This document shows positions 49,445 through 57,888 of a DNA stretch of 64,000 nt, piece by piece. This stretch comes from Candidatus Dojkabacteria bacterium (GTDB lineage Bacteria > Patescibacteriota > Dojkabacteria > SC72 > JAFGCJ01). Under the pieces are notes generated by a model. It ran no database searches. It saw only the letters and a list, made by a program, of their open reading frames with translations, and was not told where the DNA came from. The translations under genes and the position numbers were made by a program. The DNA is taken from NCBI GenBank assembly GCA_016929645.1, contig JAFGIK010000031.1, positions 2,548 through 66,547 of the forward strand, written 5' to 3'. How positions within the stretch are numbered: the first letter of the stretch is position 1; the number at the start of each line of letters is the position of its first letter.

Positions 49445-51007
49445 ATGAGTCCAACGTTAACTAGAAGGCAAGTTATTCAAAACTTAGCAATAGCTGCAAC
49501 AGTTATAGCAGTTGGTCCACTTTTGGGATGCAGTGCTGGAAATCAGAGCGAATCAGATAATAATACCGATCTTGATCTTTCAGGCTACCCTGATGATCTT
49601 AAATATTCTGTTGAAATGTTACCTGTTCAGAATGTTGAGGAAACATTACCATTTGTTACATTCAAGCTCAATATGGGTGGCGAAGATATAACATTTCGCT
49701 CAAGTTATACAGAAATTGCTCCCGAACAAGTCGTCTTAATAAGAAGAGTTGCTGAATGGTATGGTCAAACTTATGGTGCACCAAGAAATAAAATCATTAA
49801 TATAATGGGAAGTAGAGGAGAGTCAGCCTATTCATTGGTCCATACGTCAAACCAAACCTCTATGGGAAGTATATTCCTTATGCCATTGAACGAAATTCCT
49901 GATCCAGACACACAGGAATTTACAATTGCTGACGAACTATCAACAGCCCTATACGCAGATGAAGGATCAATGCCAAGTGAAACTTCAGCGCCTTCAGCCG
50001 CACTTTTTGCCGAAGGAATATCCAGATCTGATGCCATAATCTATTTTCTTGAAACTAAGAATTGGGCTATTAATGAAATCATTGCTAAATATCAAACACC
50101 TACCGGTAATATCGCCTTCCGGGAAATCTGCGATTATATGAATCCTTATATATTGTTTTATGATCAAAATGGAAATCCAATAACCGATCAATTCTTATTT
50201 CCTGTTCTTATGTCAATTCATGAGGGAAATGCATTCAGTATTATAGGATTAGCATTGTCTTTAGAAAATCTCGAATTGGGTGAAGCCTTCACTAGCATGG
50301 AACAGGAATTAAAAGCCAATTATATTGAAGAGATGTATCGTAACTTTGTTCAATCTCCAAACTGGAGTAAACGAATCATAGAAAAAAGACCCTTAATTAA
50401 TGACTATTGGAAATCTGAACCATCCAACCGATTACCAATAAAAGACTTTATGAAAGACCACCTCGGAATCGATGTAAATCTGTTATCTAAACTTTATCCA
50501 AGACTTTTTAGAGAAGGACCTGCTGAAAACCTTCCTTACCCAATGGCTTTAGCCGTTACTCTTCCGGATTATGTTGGAAACGATTCTTTTTACAGCGTAA
50601 GAACGATCTTAGTTGATAAAAATGATCACCTTGTTAATGTTCCTATGGGAGAAGTTACAGATTCGCCTGAAACAGCTGCACAGGAAGGACAGGAAGTAAC
50701 ACGTAAAATATTTCGCGCAACATGTGTAACTTTGGAATATATTGGATCTGACAATAATATCTATAGTATATCTACGTTGGGTACAGGAAAATCATTCGCT
50801 ATTAGTTTCGATAGGCTCAATCCAAAAATCTTCACAGGTAAAATTAGTGCAATATACACAGAGAATGTCGAAATTGAATTAAAAATAAAGCCAGGACAGC
50901 AAGAACTTAGTCTTATTGATATTGTAGATACATTGAATAACGTTCCAGATCAAGTAACCAAAATACCCGACACCCGTTTTGACTATAAAGCAGATCGAGT
51001 TATCTAA
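49445..51007 (+). CDS. Putative lipoprotein with a twin-arginine-like leader and a degenerate gluzincin-like motif
   Basis: TLTRRQVI...LLGC lipobox; IADELSTAL...LFAEGISR. Confidence 0.6.
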   Translation: MSPTLTRRQVIQNLAIAATVIAVGPLLGCSAGNQSESDNNTDLDLSGYPDDLKYSVEMLPVQNVEETLPFVTFKLNMGGEDITFRSSYTEIAPEQVVLIRRVAEWYGQTYGAPRNKIINIMGSRGESAYSLVHTSNQTSMGSIFLMPLNEIPDPDTQEFTIADELSTALYADEGSMPSETSAPSAALFAEGISRSDAIIYFLETKNWAINEIIAKYQTPTGNIAFREICDYMNPYILFYDQNGNPITDQFLFPVLMSIHEGNAFSIIGLALSLENLELGEAFTSMEQELKANYIEEMYRNFVQSPNWSKRIIEKRPLINDYWKSEPSNRLPIKDFMKDHLGIDVNLLSKLYPRLFREGPAENLPYPMALAVTLPDYVGNDSFYSVRTILVDKNDHLVNVPMGEVTDSPETAAQEGQEVTRKIFRATCVTLEYIGSDNNIYSISTLGTGKSFAISFDRLNPKIFTGKISAIYTENVEIELKIKPGQQELSLIDIVDTLNNVPDQVTKIPDTRFDYKADRVI

Positions 51008-51111
51008 AGGGGTTAAAAAAAACTTATAAATTAAAGGCTTTTTTTAATAGTTGGGCTAACTGAGAGATAGACATAGAAAACAACGAAATATGAATCTGAT
51101 ATAATCGGAGG

Positions 51112-52131
51112 ATGGACGCATCCCAGATTAAAGAATTTCTTAATATTTTATTAATTTCTTTTGCTACTTCAGCAATTCTTTCACCAATTATTATTAATAT
51201 TCTTTACAATCGCGGTGTCATAGTTAGACATATTCTTCTAAAAGACAAATCTAATGAAGAATTCATTAAGCATCACAAACACAAGAGCGGGACACCCACA
51301 ATGGGCGGCTTTATAATCACAATCCCATTTATTGTTTTAAGTCTAATATTTATTCCAAACTCACCAACAAGAAACGTTTTCTTAATAGGATATTCATTAT
51401 TTGCTTTCTTTGGATTTCTTGATGAATTTATTGTTAAAGCTGTCAAAGCCAATATTTTTAATGAGAACTTCAGAAAATTTCAGGAATCTTTTGTCTGGAG
51501 ATTTGGAAAGGTCATCTTAATTTTCATAATCGGTCTCGTAATCGCATACTTAATGAACAAGATGATTGGAATTAAAGAGATTTTCATCACAAATTCATTA
51601 AAACTTCCTTTCTCCGGAATTTTTTTATTATTCTGGGCAGGACTGATCATCTTTGGCACTTATGGAGCAGAGATAACTGATGGCCTTGACGGACTGGTTA
51701 CAGGTTTATTCCTAATTGCATATCTAGCTTTCATTTTAATAGTAAATTTATCCGGCAACCCCGAGCTTAATAAATTTATTGCAATAATTATCGGAGCTTC
51801 ACTTGTCTATTTATATTTCAATATCACTCCAGCACGAATATTCATGGGGGGAGTAGGGGCAATGCCATTAGGGTTTGGATTAACATTCCTTGCAATCATA
51901 ACAAACAGCGTCATACCGTATCTTTTAATAACCATGGTTTTTTGGGGTGAACTTCTATCAAGTGCCATACAGATAATTTCGATTAGATTCTTCAAGAAAA
52001 AGGTCTTCAAAATCGCACCATTACATCATCATTTTGAATCCATTGGATGGAGCGAGGCAAAGGTTGTTCAAAGGTTCTGGCTTGCTGGTGTAGTAGGTGC
52101 GGTAGTTGGGTTGTGGTTGTTTGTCGTCTGA
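51112..52131 (+). CDS. mraY: Phospho-N-acetylmuramoyl-pentapeptide transferase
   Basis: KSGTPTMGG, GFLDE, TDGLDGL, YFNITPARIFMG, FKIAPLHHHFE, WSEAKVVQRFW. Confidence 0.92.
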   Translation: MDASQIKEFLNILLISFATSAILSPIIINILYNRGVIVRHILLKDKSNEEFIKHHKHKSGTPTMGGFIITIPFIVLSLIFIPNSPTRNVFLIGYSLFAFFGFLDEFIVKAVKANIFNENFRKFQESFVWRFGKVILIFIIGLVIAYLMNKMIGIKEIFITNSLKLPFSGIFLLFWAGLIIFGTYGAEITDGLDGLVTGLFLIAYLAFILIVNLSGNPELNKFIAIIIGASLVYLYFNITPARIFMGGVGAMPLGFGLTFLAIITNSVIPYLLITMVFWGELLSSAIQIISIRFFKKKVFKIAPLHHHFESIGWSEAKVVQRFWLAGVVGAVVGLWLFVV

Positions 52132-52456
52132 CCGAGACTCAGCTTCATGAAATTTTAATGTTTAGTTGAAGGAAAAAGCCCATGAAGTGCGCAAATTTTC
52201 AAAAAAAAATTTGGATATTTATTCATATCCAAAAAATCTTCAACAAAATTAATCAGGAATAACGAAAAAATTACCAACAAAACACGAACGTAGACCGAGA
52301 TTGCACAAACTGCACAACAAAAGAGAAAACTAAACAAAAGTTGAATCTATCCAATCATTTTTTGAAAATTTGCGTATCCTTATCTGTTAAAAGATTGGTA
52401 CGAAAGTGACAAATTACCATCATTTAATTAAAATTTCATGAAGCTGAGTCTCGGTC
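52130..52456. mobile_element. 327-bp non-coding MITE/REPIN-like element with perfect 30-bp terminal inverted repeats
   Basis: 52130-52159 GACCGAGACTCAGCTTCATGAAATTTTAAT is the exact reverse complement of 52427-52456; nested perfect 17-bp inverted repeat at 52190-52206 / 52358-52374; internal GTAGACCGAG at 52290-52299. Mobility is inferred; no target-site duplication seen. Confidence 0.65.
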
Positions 52457-52466
52457 TTAAGCAAAC

Positions 52467-53816
52467 TCAAACATATTTCCTATCCTTCAATTCATCCGGC
52501 ATACATTGTTGGCCGCTTTTCTTACCCTCCACATCATGATCATATATATACCCCCGACCGTATCCTAAATTTTTCATTAAATCAGTCGGCGCATTCCTTA
52601 AGTGCATCGGGACAGGCAAATTTAGCGTCTCTCTTGCATCAGCCACAGCTTTTGCATAGCCAACATATGCAGAATTATCTTTTGGCGCTCTGGCAAGATA
52701 AACGGCAAGCTGGGCAAGATGAACATTGCACTCTGGCATGCCAATCTTCTCACAAGCCTCAAAAACAGAAGCCGCAAGAACTGTTGCCATTGGGTCAGCG
52801 TTCCCAATATCCTCAGCAGCAAAGCGAAACATCCGCCTTGCAACATAAAGTGGATCCTCACCAGCCTCAAGCATACGAGCTAACCAGTAAAGAGAGGCAT
52901 TTGCATCAGATGATCGCATAGATTTATGCAGAGCGGAGATGATATTGTAATGCTCTTCGCCTTTTTTATCGTAAAGCAAGGCTTTGTGCTGTAATGCATC
53001 CTCGACATTTTTTAATGAAATATTAATAGATTTATTAGAAACATCAGCGTTTTTGGAGCTTTTAATAGCAAGATCCACAGCCATCTCAATTGCATTAAGT
53101 AAAGTCCTTGGGTCTCCATTACTGCCTTGGATCAAATGATCTTGAGCCTTAGGATCTACTTTGATTTCATTAATTTTTAATGAATCGCAAAGATATGTGA
53201 TCGCTTTTTTTAATATTTCTTTAAGGTTGTCTTCTTTATGACGATTTAGTACAAACACTCGAGTTCGAGAAAGCAGTGCAGAATTCACCTCAAAAGACGG
53301 GTTCTCAGTAGTCGCACCAATCAAGATCAAAGTCCCGTCCTCCACATATGGCAAAAGAAAGTCCTGCTGAGCCTTATTAAACCTATGAATTTCATCAAGA
53401 AAAAGTATAGTGCGACGACCAGGAAACGCTTTTGCAGTAGTTTTCGCTATATCAACAATTTTTTTCACATCAGACTTACCACTATCAACAGCAGACAATT
53501 GGAAAAACTGAGATTTCGTAGAATTAGCAATTATACGGGCAAGCGTAGTTTTCCCGCATCCGGGAGGACCCCAGAAAATCATCGACTTCAGCGCATTATT
53601 CTCAATTAACTTGCGAATAGGTGCATCCGGGCCAACCAAATGCTCCTGGCCAACAAATTCATCCAGAGTCTGAGGTCTCAGACGTGCAGCAAGAGGCTGA
53701 GAGTTATCAATATCACTATTCGTATCTGATTGAGTTGAAGGAGCAGCAATATTTTCAGAGGGCTTTTTATCTTGACTTGAAAGGAAGGTTTGTTGATTAT
53801 CTAGTAATGAATTCAT
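52467..53816 (-). CDS. rarA: Replication-associated recombination protein A (RarA/MgsA)
   Basis: [68 protein letters not shown]. Confidence 0.95.
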   Translation of the reverse strand: MNSLLDNQQTFLSSQDKKPSENIAAPSTQSDTNSDIDNSQPLAARLRPQTLDEFVGQEHLVGPDAPIRKLIENNALKSMIFWGPPGCGKTTLARIIANSTKSQFFQLSAVDSGKSDVKKIVDIAKTTAKAFPGRRTILFLDEIHRFNKAQQDFLLPYVEDGTLILIGATTENPSFEVNSALLSRTRVFVLNRHKEDNLKEILKKAITYLCDSLKINEIKVDPKAQDHLIQGSNGDPRTLLNAIEMAVDLAIKSSKNADVSNKSINISLKNVEDALQHKALLYDKKGEEHYNIISALHKSMRSSDANASLYWLARMLEAGEDPLYVARRMFRFAAEDIGNADPMATVLAASVFEACEKIGMPECNVHLAQLAVYLARAPKDNSAYVGYAKAVADARETLNLPVPMHLRNAPTDLMKNLGYGRGYIYDHDVEGKKSGQQCMPDELKDRKYV

Positions 53817-53824
53817 GAATATTT

Positions 53825-53853
53825 ATCATATCACCGAACATAAACCGAAGCAA
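53825..53853 (-). promoter_or_regulatory. rarA promoter TTGCTT-17-TATGAT (extended -10) containing TTCGG-N6-TTCGG
   Basis: Plus strand CCGAA at 53834-53838 and 53845-53849; -35 at 53853-53848, -10 at 53830-53825; ATG 8 nt downstream. Confidence 0.75.
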
Positions 53854-54152
53854 GAAAATGTATCAAAAAAAATTGAATGTTGTAAAGAAATTAATAATTG
53901 CAATAAAATATTGAAAATCAAACAGCATACATTAGAAATGTATACGTAATCCAAATACAGTAAGAATGGAAATCTACCGTATGCAATTTCTAGGAATTGC
54001 ATACTAAAGAAAGCTTGGGCAAATATCGTCAATCTTAGTTAATACTCAAAAAAATAATAAACAAAACATAATTCAGCTGTTTAACTTATACATTACCGGA
54101 AATTATTCGATCAAAAAGACGCTAATTAGTCAGTATGATATAAAAAGAAAAT

Positions 54153-54198
54153 AAAAAAGCCCACAGCGATTTTCACTTAAATCGCCGTAGGCTTTTTT
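54153..54198 (-). terminator. Rho-independent terminator
   Basis: Minus strand AGCCTACGGCGATTT-AAGTGA-AAATCGCTGTGGGCT then a T tract; 15-bp stem with two G-U pairs; 19 nt after the stop of 54218-54958. Confidence 0.85.
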
Positions 54199-54217
54199 CG
54201 GGGAAAACTACCAAATT

Positions 54218-54958
54218 TTAGTGGGCCACCTCCCTCACAAGAAAACGATCAACCTTCCGAAGACTTTCCAGAGCGACAAATTGGAAAACAACTGCTGTTT
54301 TCTCTTCCTCTTCAAGTCTGGGATCACCATATGTAATGGGAATATCCTCTTGGGCACGCTCAATAGCGTGTCCAAGAACTTCGTGGATACCAGTGACAGT
54401 CTCCGCCTCAATAGGGGACATTGTATGCAACTTTCCATGTATGTCTGGCGTCTGCAACACAGGCTGTACAGAAGAGTCAAAGAAGGCCGACGCTATACCC
54501 ACTGTAACAATGCCATTCTTAACCCTAGTAACGCCGACATAGTAATTCAACTGATCAGGAAAATTTGTCGATCCCGACCATCCAGTTGAACTTTTGTTAT
54601 CGGCCACAACAGATAAGGATGGGGTATGATAAATGTATAGCGATCGAAGAAACGGCTTATCACTGCAGTATGCATCAATCAGCCAATACCACAACCCGGC
54701 ATCCACATCCTTCTGGGAATCATTTACTACTATAACAGGGCCACACTTGGTATCAATCTGTATCGCTGATCCAGGATCAACCCAATAAGGATCTCCAATG
54801 TCCAAAAAATCGGGATCAACAACGAGTCGAGTGGGGAGCAGAGAAAGATCATTATTATCTTGATAAGAGTTATACCCCCACAGAGCAAAGCCAACAACCA
54901 ATACAGCCAACCCGAGCCACAGCCACCAAGGCATCTTTGTCTTCCTCATCTTTTTCAT
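54218..54958 (-). CDS. Membrane-anchored hypothetical protein with a HExxxH (HEVLGH) metallopeptidase-like motif
   Basis: Basic N-terminus and TM, GIHEVLGHAIE, downstream LEEEE; AGGAGG Shine-Dalgarno upstream and its own terminator. Confidence 0.65.
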   Translation of the reverse strand: MKKMRKTKMPWWLWLGLAVLVVGFALWGYNSYQDNNDLSLLPTRLVVDPDFLDIGDPYWVDPGSAIQIDTKCGPVIVVNDSQKDVDAGLWYWLIDAYCSDKPFLRSLYIYHTPSLSVVADNKSSTGWSGSTNFPDQLNYYVGVTRVKNGIVTVGIASAFFDSSVQPVLQTPDIHGKLHTMSPIEAETVTGIHEVLGHAIERAQEDIPITYGDPRLEEEEKTAVVFQFVALESLRKVDRFLVREVAH

Positions 54959-55195
54959 TACGAACCTCCTTGAATCTACATGCTATTTTGGATTATAAAA
55001 GATCGTCGTTTGGCGACGCCCAATTATACCCTATAATAAAAAATATTCCTATATCCACATTTACACCACAACATCATTATGTTACAAATATAGAGGATTC
55101 CTCGTAATATTAATCGTGCTTGAATACGCACAACACTGAAAAAACAAGTGCAAATCAAGGCATAATTCAAGAAAATAATTTATAATAAACAACTC

Positions 55196-56155
55196 ATGCA
55201 ATTTGAAAACCCAAAAAAGTCCGCCGAATTTACAAAGAAAATCGAGCAGGCACACAGCAAAATCGCGTCCCTCGTAGACAACATTGAAACCGTCATCAAA
55301 GGCAAAAGAGAGATTATTGAAGATGTTGTCATGGTAATCGTGGCAAACGGCCACGTACTACTTAGAGACGTCCCTGGTGTAGGTAAGACTCTTCTTGCAA
55401 AGTCACTTTCCAAATCAATTAACACAAACTTTCGAAGAATCCAATTCACACCAGACCTTCTGCCAACAGATATCACAGGCGTTAACATTTTTAATGAAAA
55501 AAAACGAGAATTTGAATTCCAGCCAGGACCAGTTTTTACAAATGTGCTTCTAGCTGACGAGATCAATAGAGCCAGCCCTAAAACCCAATCCGCACTTTTG
55601 GAAGCCATGGAAGAGCGACAAGTTTCAATTGATAACGTAATTTATAAGTTGCCGAAATTTTTCTTTGTAATTGCAACTCAGAACCCAATAGAACATGCCG
55701 GAACCTATCCACTACCAGCAGCACAGCTTGATCGTTTCATGAAAAGATTATCAATTGGATATCCAGCAAAAGAAACTGAGCTTGAAATACTACAATTGCA
55801 TACGCAAAATATCAATCCTTTGGATAAACTTGAAGCAGTTGTAGATGAAAACGATATTATCTCCTGGCAGGAGACTGCTAACGAGATTTATACAGCACCA
55901 GAAATTGACAACTACATAATTGACCTTGCAAGAGCCACAAGGGAAGATGCACAAAGTGGATATGGCGTAAGTACAAGAGCTGCATTGTTATTAAAGAAAG
56001 CTGCTCGTGCAAGCGCCATGATTTCCAGCCGCGACTATGTCATCCCTGATGATGTTCATCGAGTTATAAAACAGGTATTTTCTCATAGAATCGGAGGAAG
56101 CGAGAAAGTGGGTGAAGCTGTAGTAGAGCAAATTATGACAAAGGTTACGATATAA
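55196..56155 (+). CDS. moxR: MoxR family AAA+ ATPase
   Basis: DVPGVGKT, RIQFTPDLLPTD, LADEINRASPKTQSALLEAMEE, ATQNPIE, YPLP.AQLDRF. Confidence 0.92.
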   Translation: MQFENPKKSAEFTKKIEQAHSKIASLVDNIETVIKGKREIIEDVVMVIVANGHVLLRDVPGVGKTLLAKSLSKSINTNFRRIQFTPDLLPTDITGVNIFNEKKREFEFQPGPVFTNVLLADEINRASPKTQSALLEAMEERQVSIDNVIYKLPKFFFVIATQNPIEHAGTYPLPAAQLDRFMKRLSIGYPAKETELEILQLHTQNINPLDKLEAVVDENDIISWQETANEIYTAPEIDNYIIDLARATREDAQSGYGVSTRAALLLKKAARASAMISSRDYVIPDDVHRVIKQVFSHRIGGSEKVGEAVVEQIMTKVTI

Positions 56156-56156
56156 G

Positions 56157-56191
56157 AGACCGAGACTCAGCTTAATGAAATTTTAATTAAA
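56157..56191. repeat. Solo copy of the REP-like unit
   Basis: AGACCGAGACTCAGCTTAATGAAATTTTAATTAAA is 34/35 identical to the reverse complement of 52423-52457; starts 1 nt after the moxR stop. Confidence 0.85.
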
Positions 56192-56207
56192 CCCTTGAAA
56201 TGAACGA

Positions 56208-57884
56208 ATGGATTATATTTGTTTAGGAACAGTTTGCTGTTTGATGCCCGCAGTACTAGGGTCTATTCTTGCAACAATTATTGCAGCAATAATAAGAAGT
56301 AGAAAAAAGAAATTCGCAGTATCTGACACAATAGTAAATATCTGGAACTGGATAAGTATTGTTACATTCAGAAGCCTTGTCACACTTTTCTGGGCAGGAG
56401 TTTTTGCAATAATTGCATTGTCAGTCAAAGAACTGTCATTGTTTTCAACAATATCCGTTTTCCTCATTCTTATGACATTCTTCTTTGTTATGATATCGTT
56501 CATCTTTAAGATTTATTTATCAATTGGTCGAATTCTCCCATTTAATCAAAATTTCATGAAATCCACGATTAATCGTAAAGAGATAATGGAAAATGAAGCA
56601 GCAACTATTAATATCAAAATCGCAACAGGAATTCCACTCGGATTTATCCTAAAAATACGGGAAATATTGCCAGCCAAACTTGGTGGAGATTTACGTGGCA
56701 TTGCAACCTCAACAGAGAAAATGAAAACTGAATTCAACGCGACAATACCTATCACAAGACGAGGGCACTATATCATTGGTCCAACACATTTCCAATACCA
56801 GGATATTTTCGGATTCAGTCAAGTTAAAGTTCTAGATCAAACCAGGTTTGATCTAGTGATCATTCCACAAATTCCACAGATAAATAGATTTGATTTCAAA
56901 TTATCCGTAGATAAAGGTGATGAAAATCAGGAAATTCAAGCGACACTAAACACTGAAGATTATTTCAATCCACGTCCTTATGTCAGAGGGGACGATATAC
57001 GACGAATTCACTGGAAATTAACAGCCAAAACTGGAGAATTAATGATAAGACAGCCAGAAACGACAACCATTTCTTTCAAAAATCTCTTAATCATAATACT
57101 GAATACAACTCCAAGATTTTCCGCAACATCTCAAAATCCAGAAAAAAGTCGGTTTTCTATATCAAATGCACTTAATGCAAACAATCCAAATCCGCAACAG
57201 CCAATAATAGGAGGTACGTATCCAATTCCTTACTCAACAGCAGCAGAATACGCACTTGATACACAAGTAAGAATTGCAGCTGCAGTTATAGATTTTTCAT
57301 TAAGAAATCATTTACCAATCCAATTTGCATATTTTGAAAAAGGAAAACTTACTAGGTTCACACCACACATAGATGATCCTGGTGAATGGAAAAGGAAATT
57401 AGCCTCAATAAATCTTGAAAATATGCGTCTAGACACTGATCAAATTGTCCAGACAATCAAAGAGGAGAAAAACTGTATTATAACGACATCTGAAACATAC
57501 ATGCCATTTTTTGCACCAATAATAAGTCAAGCAATTGAGAGTAGGGCCTCAATTGAAGTAATGTACAGTCCAGTCTCAACTCAAATGAAAAAAATAGCAA
57601 AATATAATAAAGCTGACAAGAGATCTGCTTTTATTAAAATTATTGAGAAAATATTCCTAACCAAACCTTATTTTGAGCAACAAACTCTACAGGAAAAGGT
57701 ATATAATTTAATAACAAAGAGAGATACAAAATACTCAGATAACGATATTTTGAAAACTCAGGAGGCTGAAAGATCAGTGATTAATTCAATTGGCGGTGAT
57801 GCCATAAATCTTAGAAATTTTGATATTGATGATGAATATACAAACGATATTGAAAATATAGTTAACATACTTGAGAACGAATAA
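56208..57884 (+). CDS. DUF58 domain protein with N-terminal TMs
   Basis: RRGHY.IG, DIFG, RPYVRGDDIRRIHWKLTAKTGELMIR; follows moxR. Confidence 0.85.
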   Translation: MDYICLGTVCCLMPAVLGSILATIIAAIIRSRKKKFAVSDTIVNIWNWISIVTFRSLVTLFWAGVFAIIALSVKELSLFSTISVFLILMTFFFVMISFIFKIYLSIGRILPFNQNFMKSTINRKEIMENEAATINIKIATGIPLGFILKIREILPAKLGGDLRGIATSTEKMKTEFNATIPITRRGHYIIGPTHFQYQDIFGFSQVKVLDQTRFDLVIIPQIPQINRFDFKLSVDKGDENQEIQATLNTEDYFNPRPYVRGDDIRRIHWKLTAKTGELMIRQPETTTISFKNLLIIILNTTPRFSATSQNPEKSRFSISNALNANNPNPQQPIIGGTYPIPYSTAAEYALDTQVRIAAAVIDFSLRNHLPIQFAYFEKGKLTRFTPHIDDPGEWKRKLASINLENMRLDTDQIVQTIKEEKNCIITTSETYMPFFAPIISQAIESRASIEVMYSPVSTQMKKIAKYNKADKRSAFIKIIEKIFLTKPYFEQQTLQEKVYNLITKRDTKYSDNDILKTQEAERSVINSIGGDAINLRNFDIDDEYTNDIENIVNILENE

Positions 57885-57888
57885 TTTC

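Noticed and set aside
55060-55087. TTATGTTACAA resembling the XerD arm of a dif site
   Set aside because: No convincing XerC arm at 6-bp spacing.
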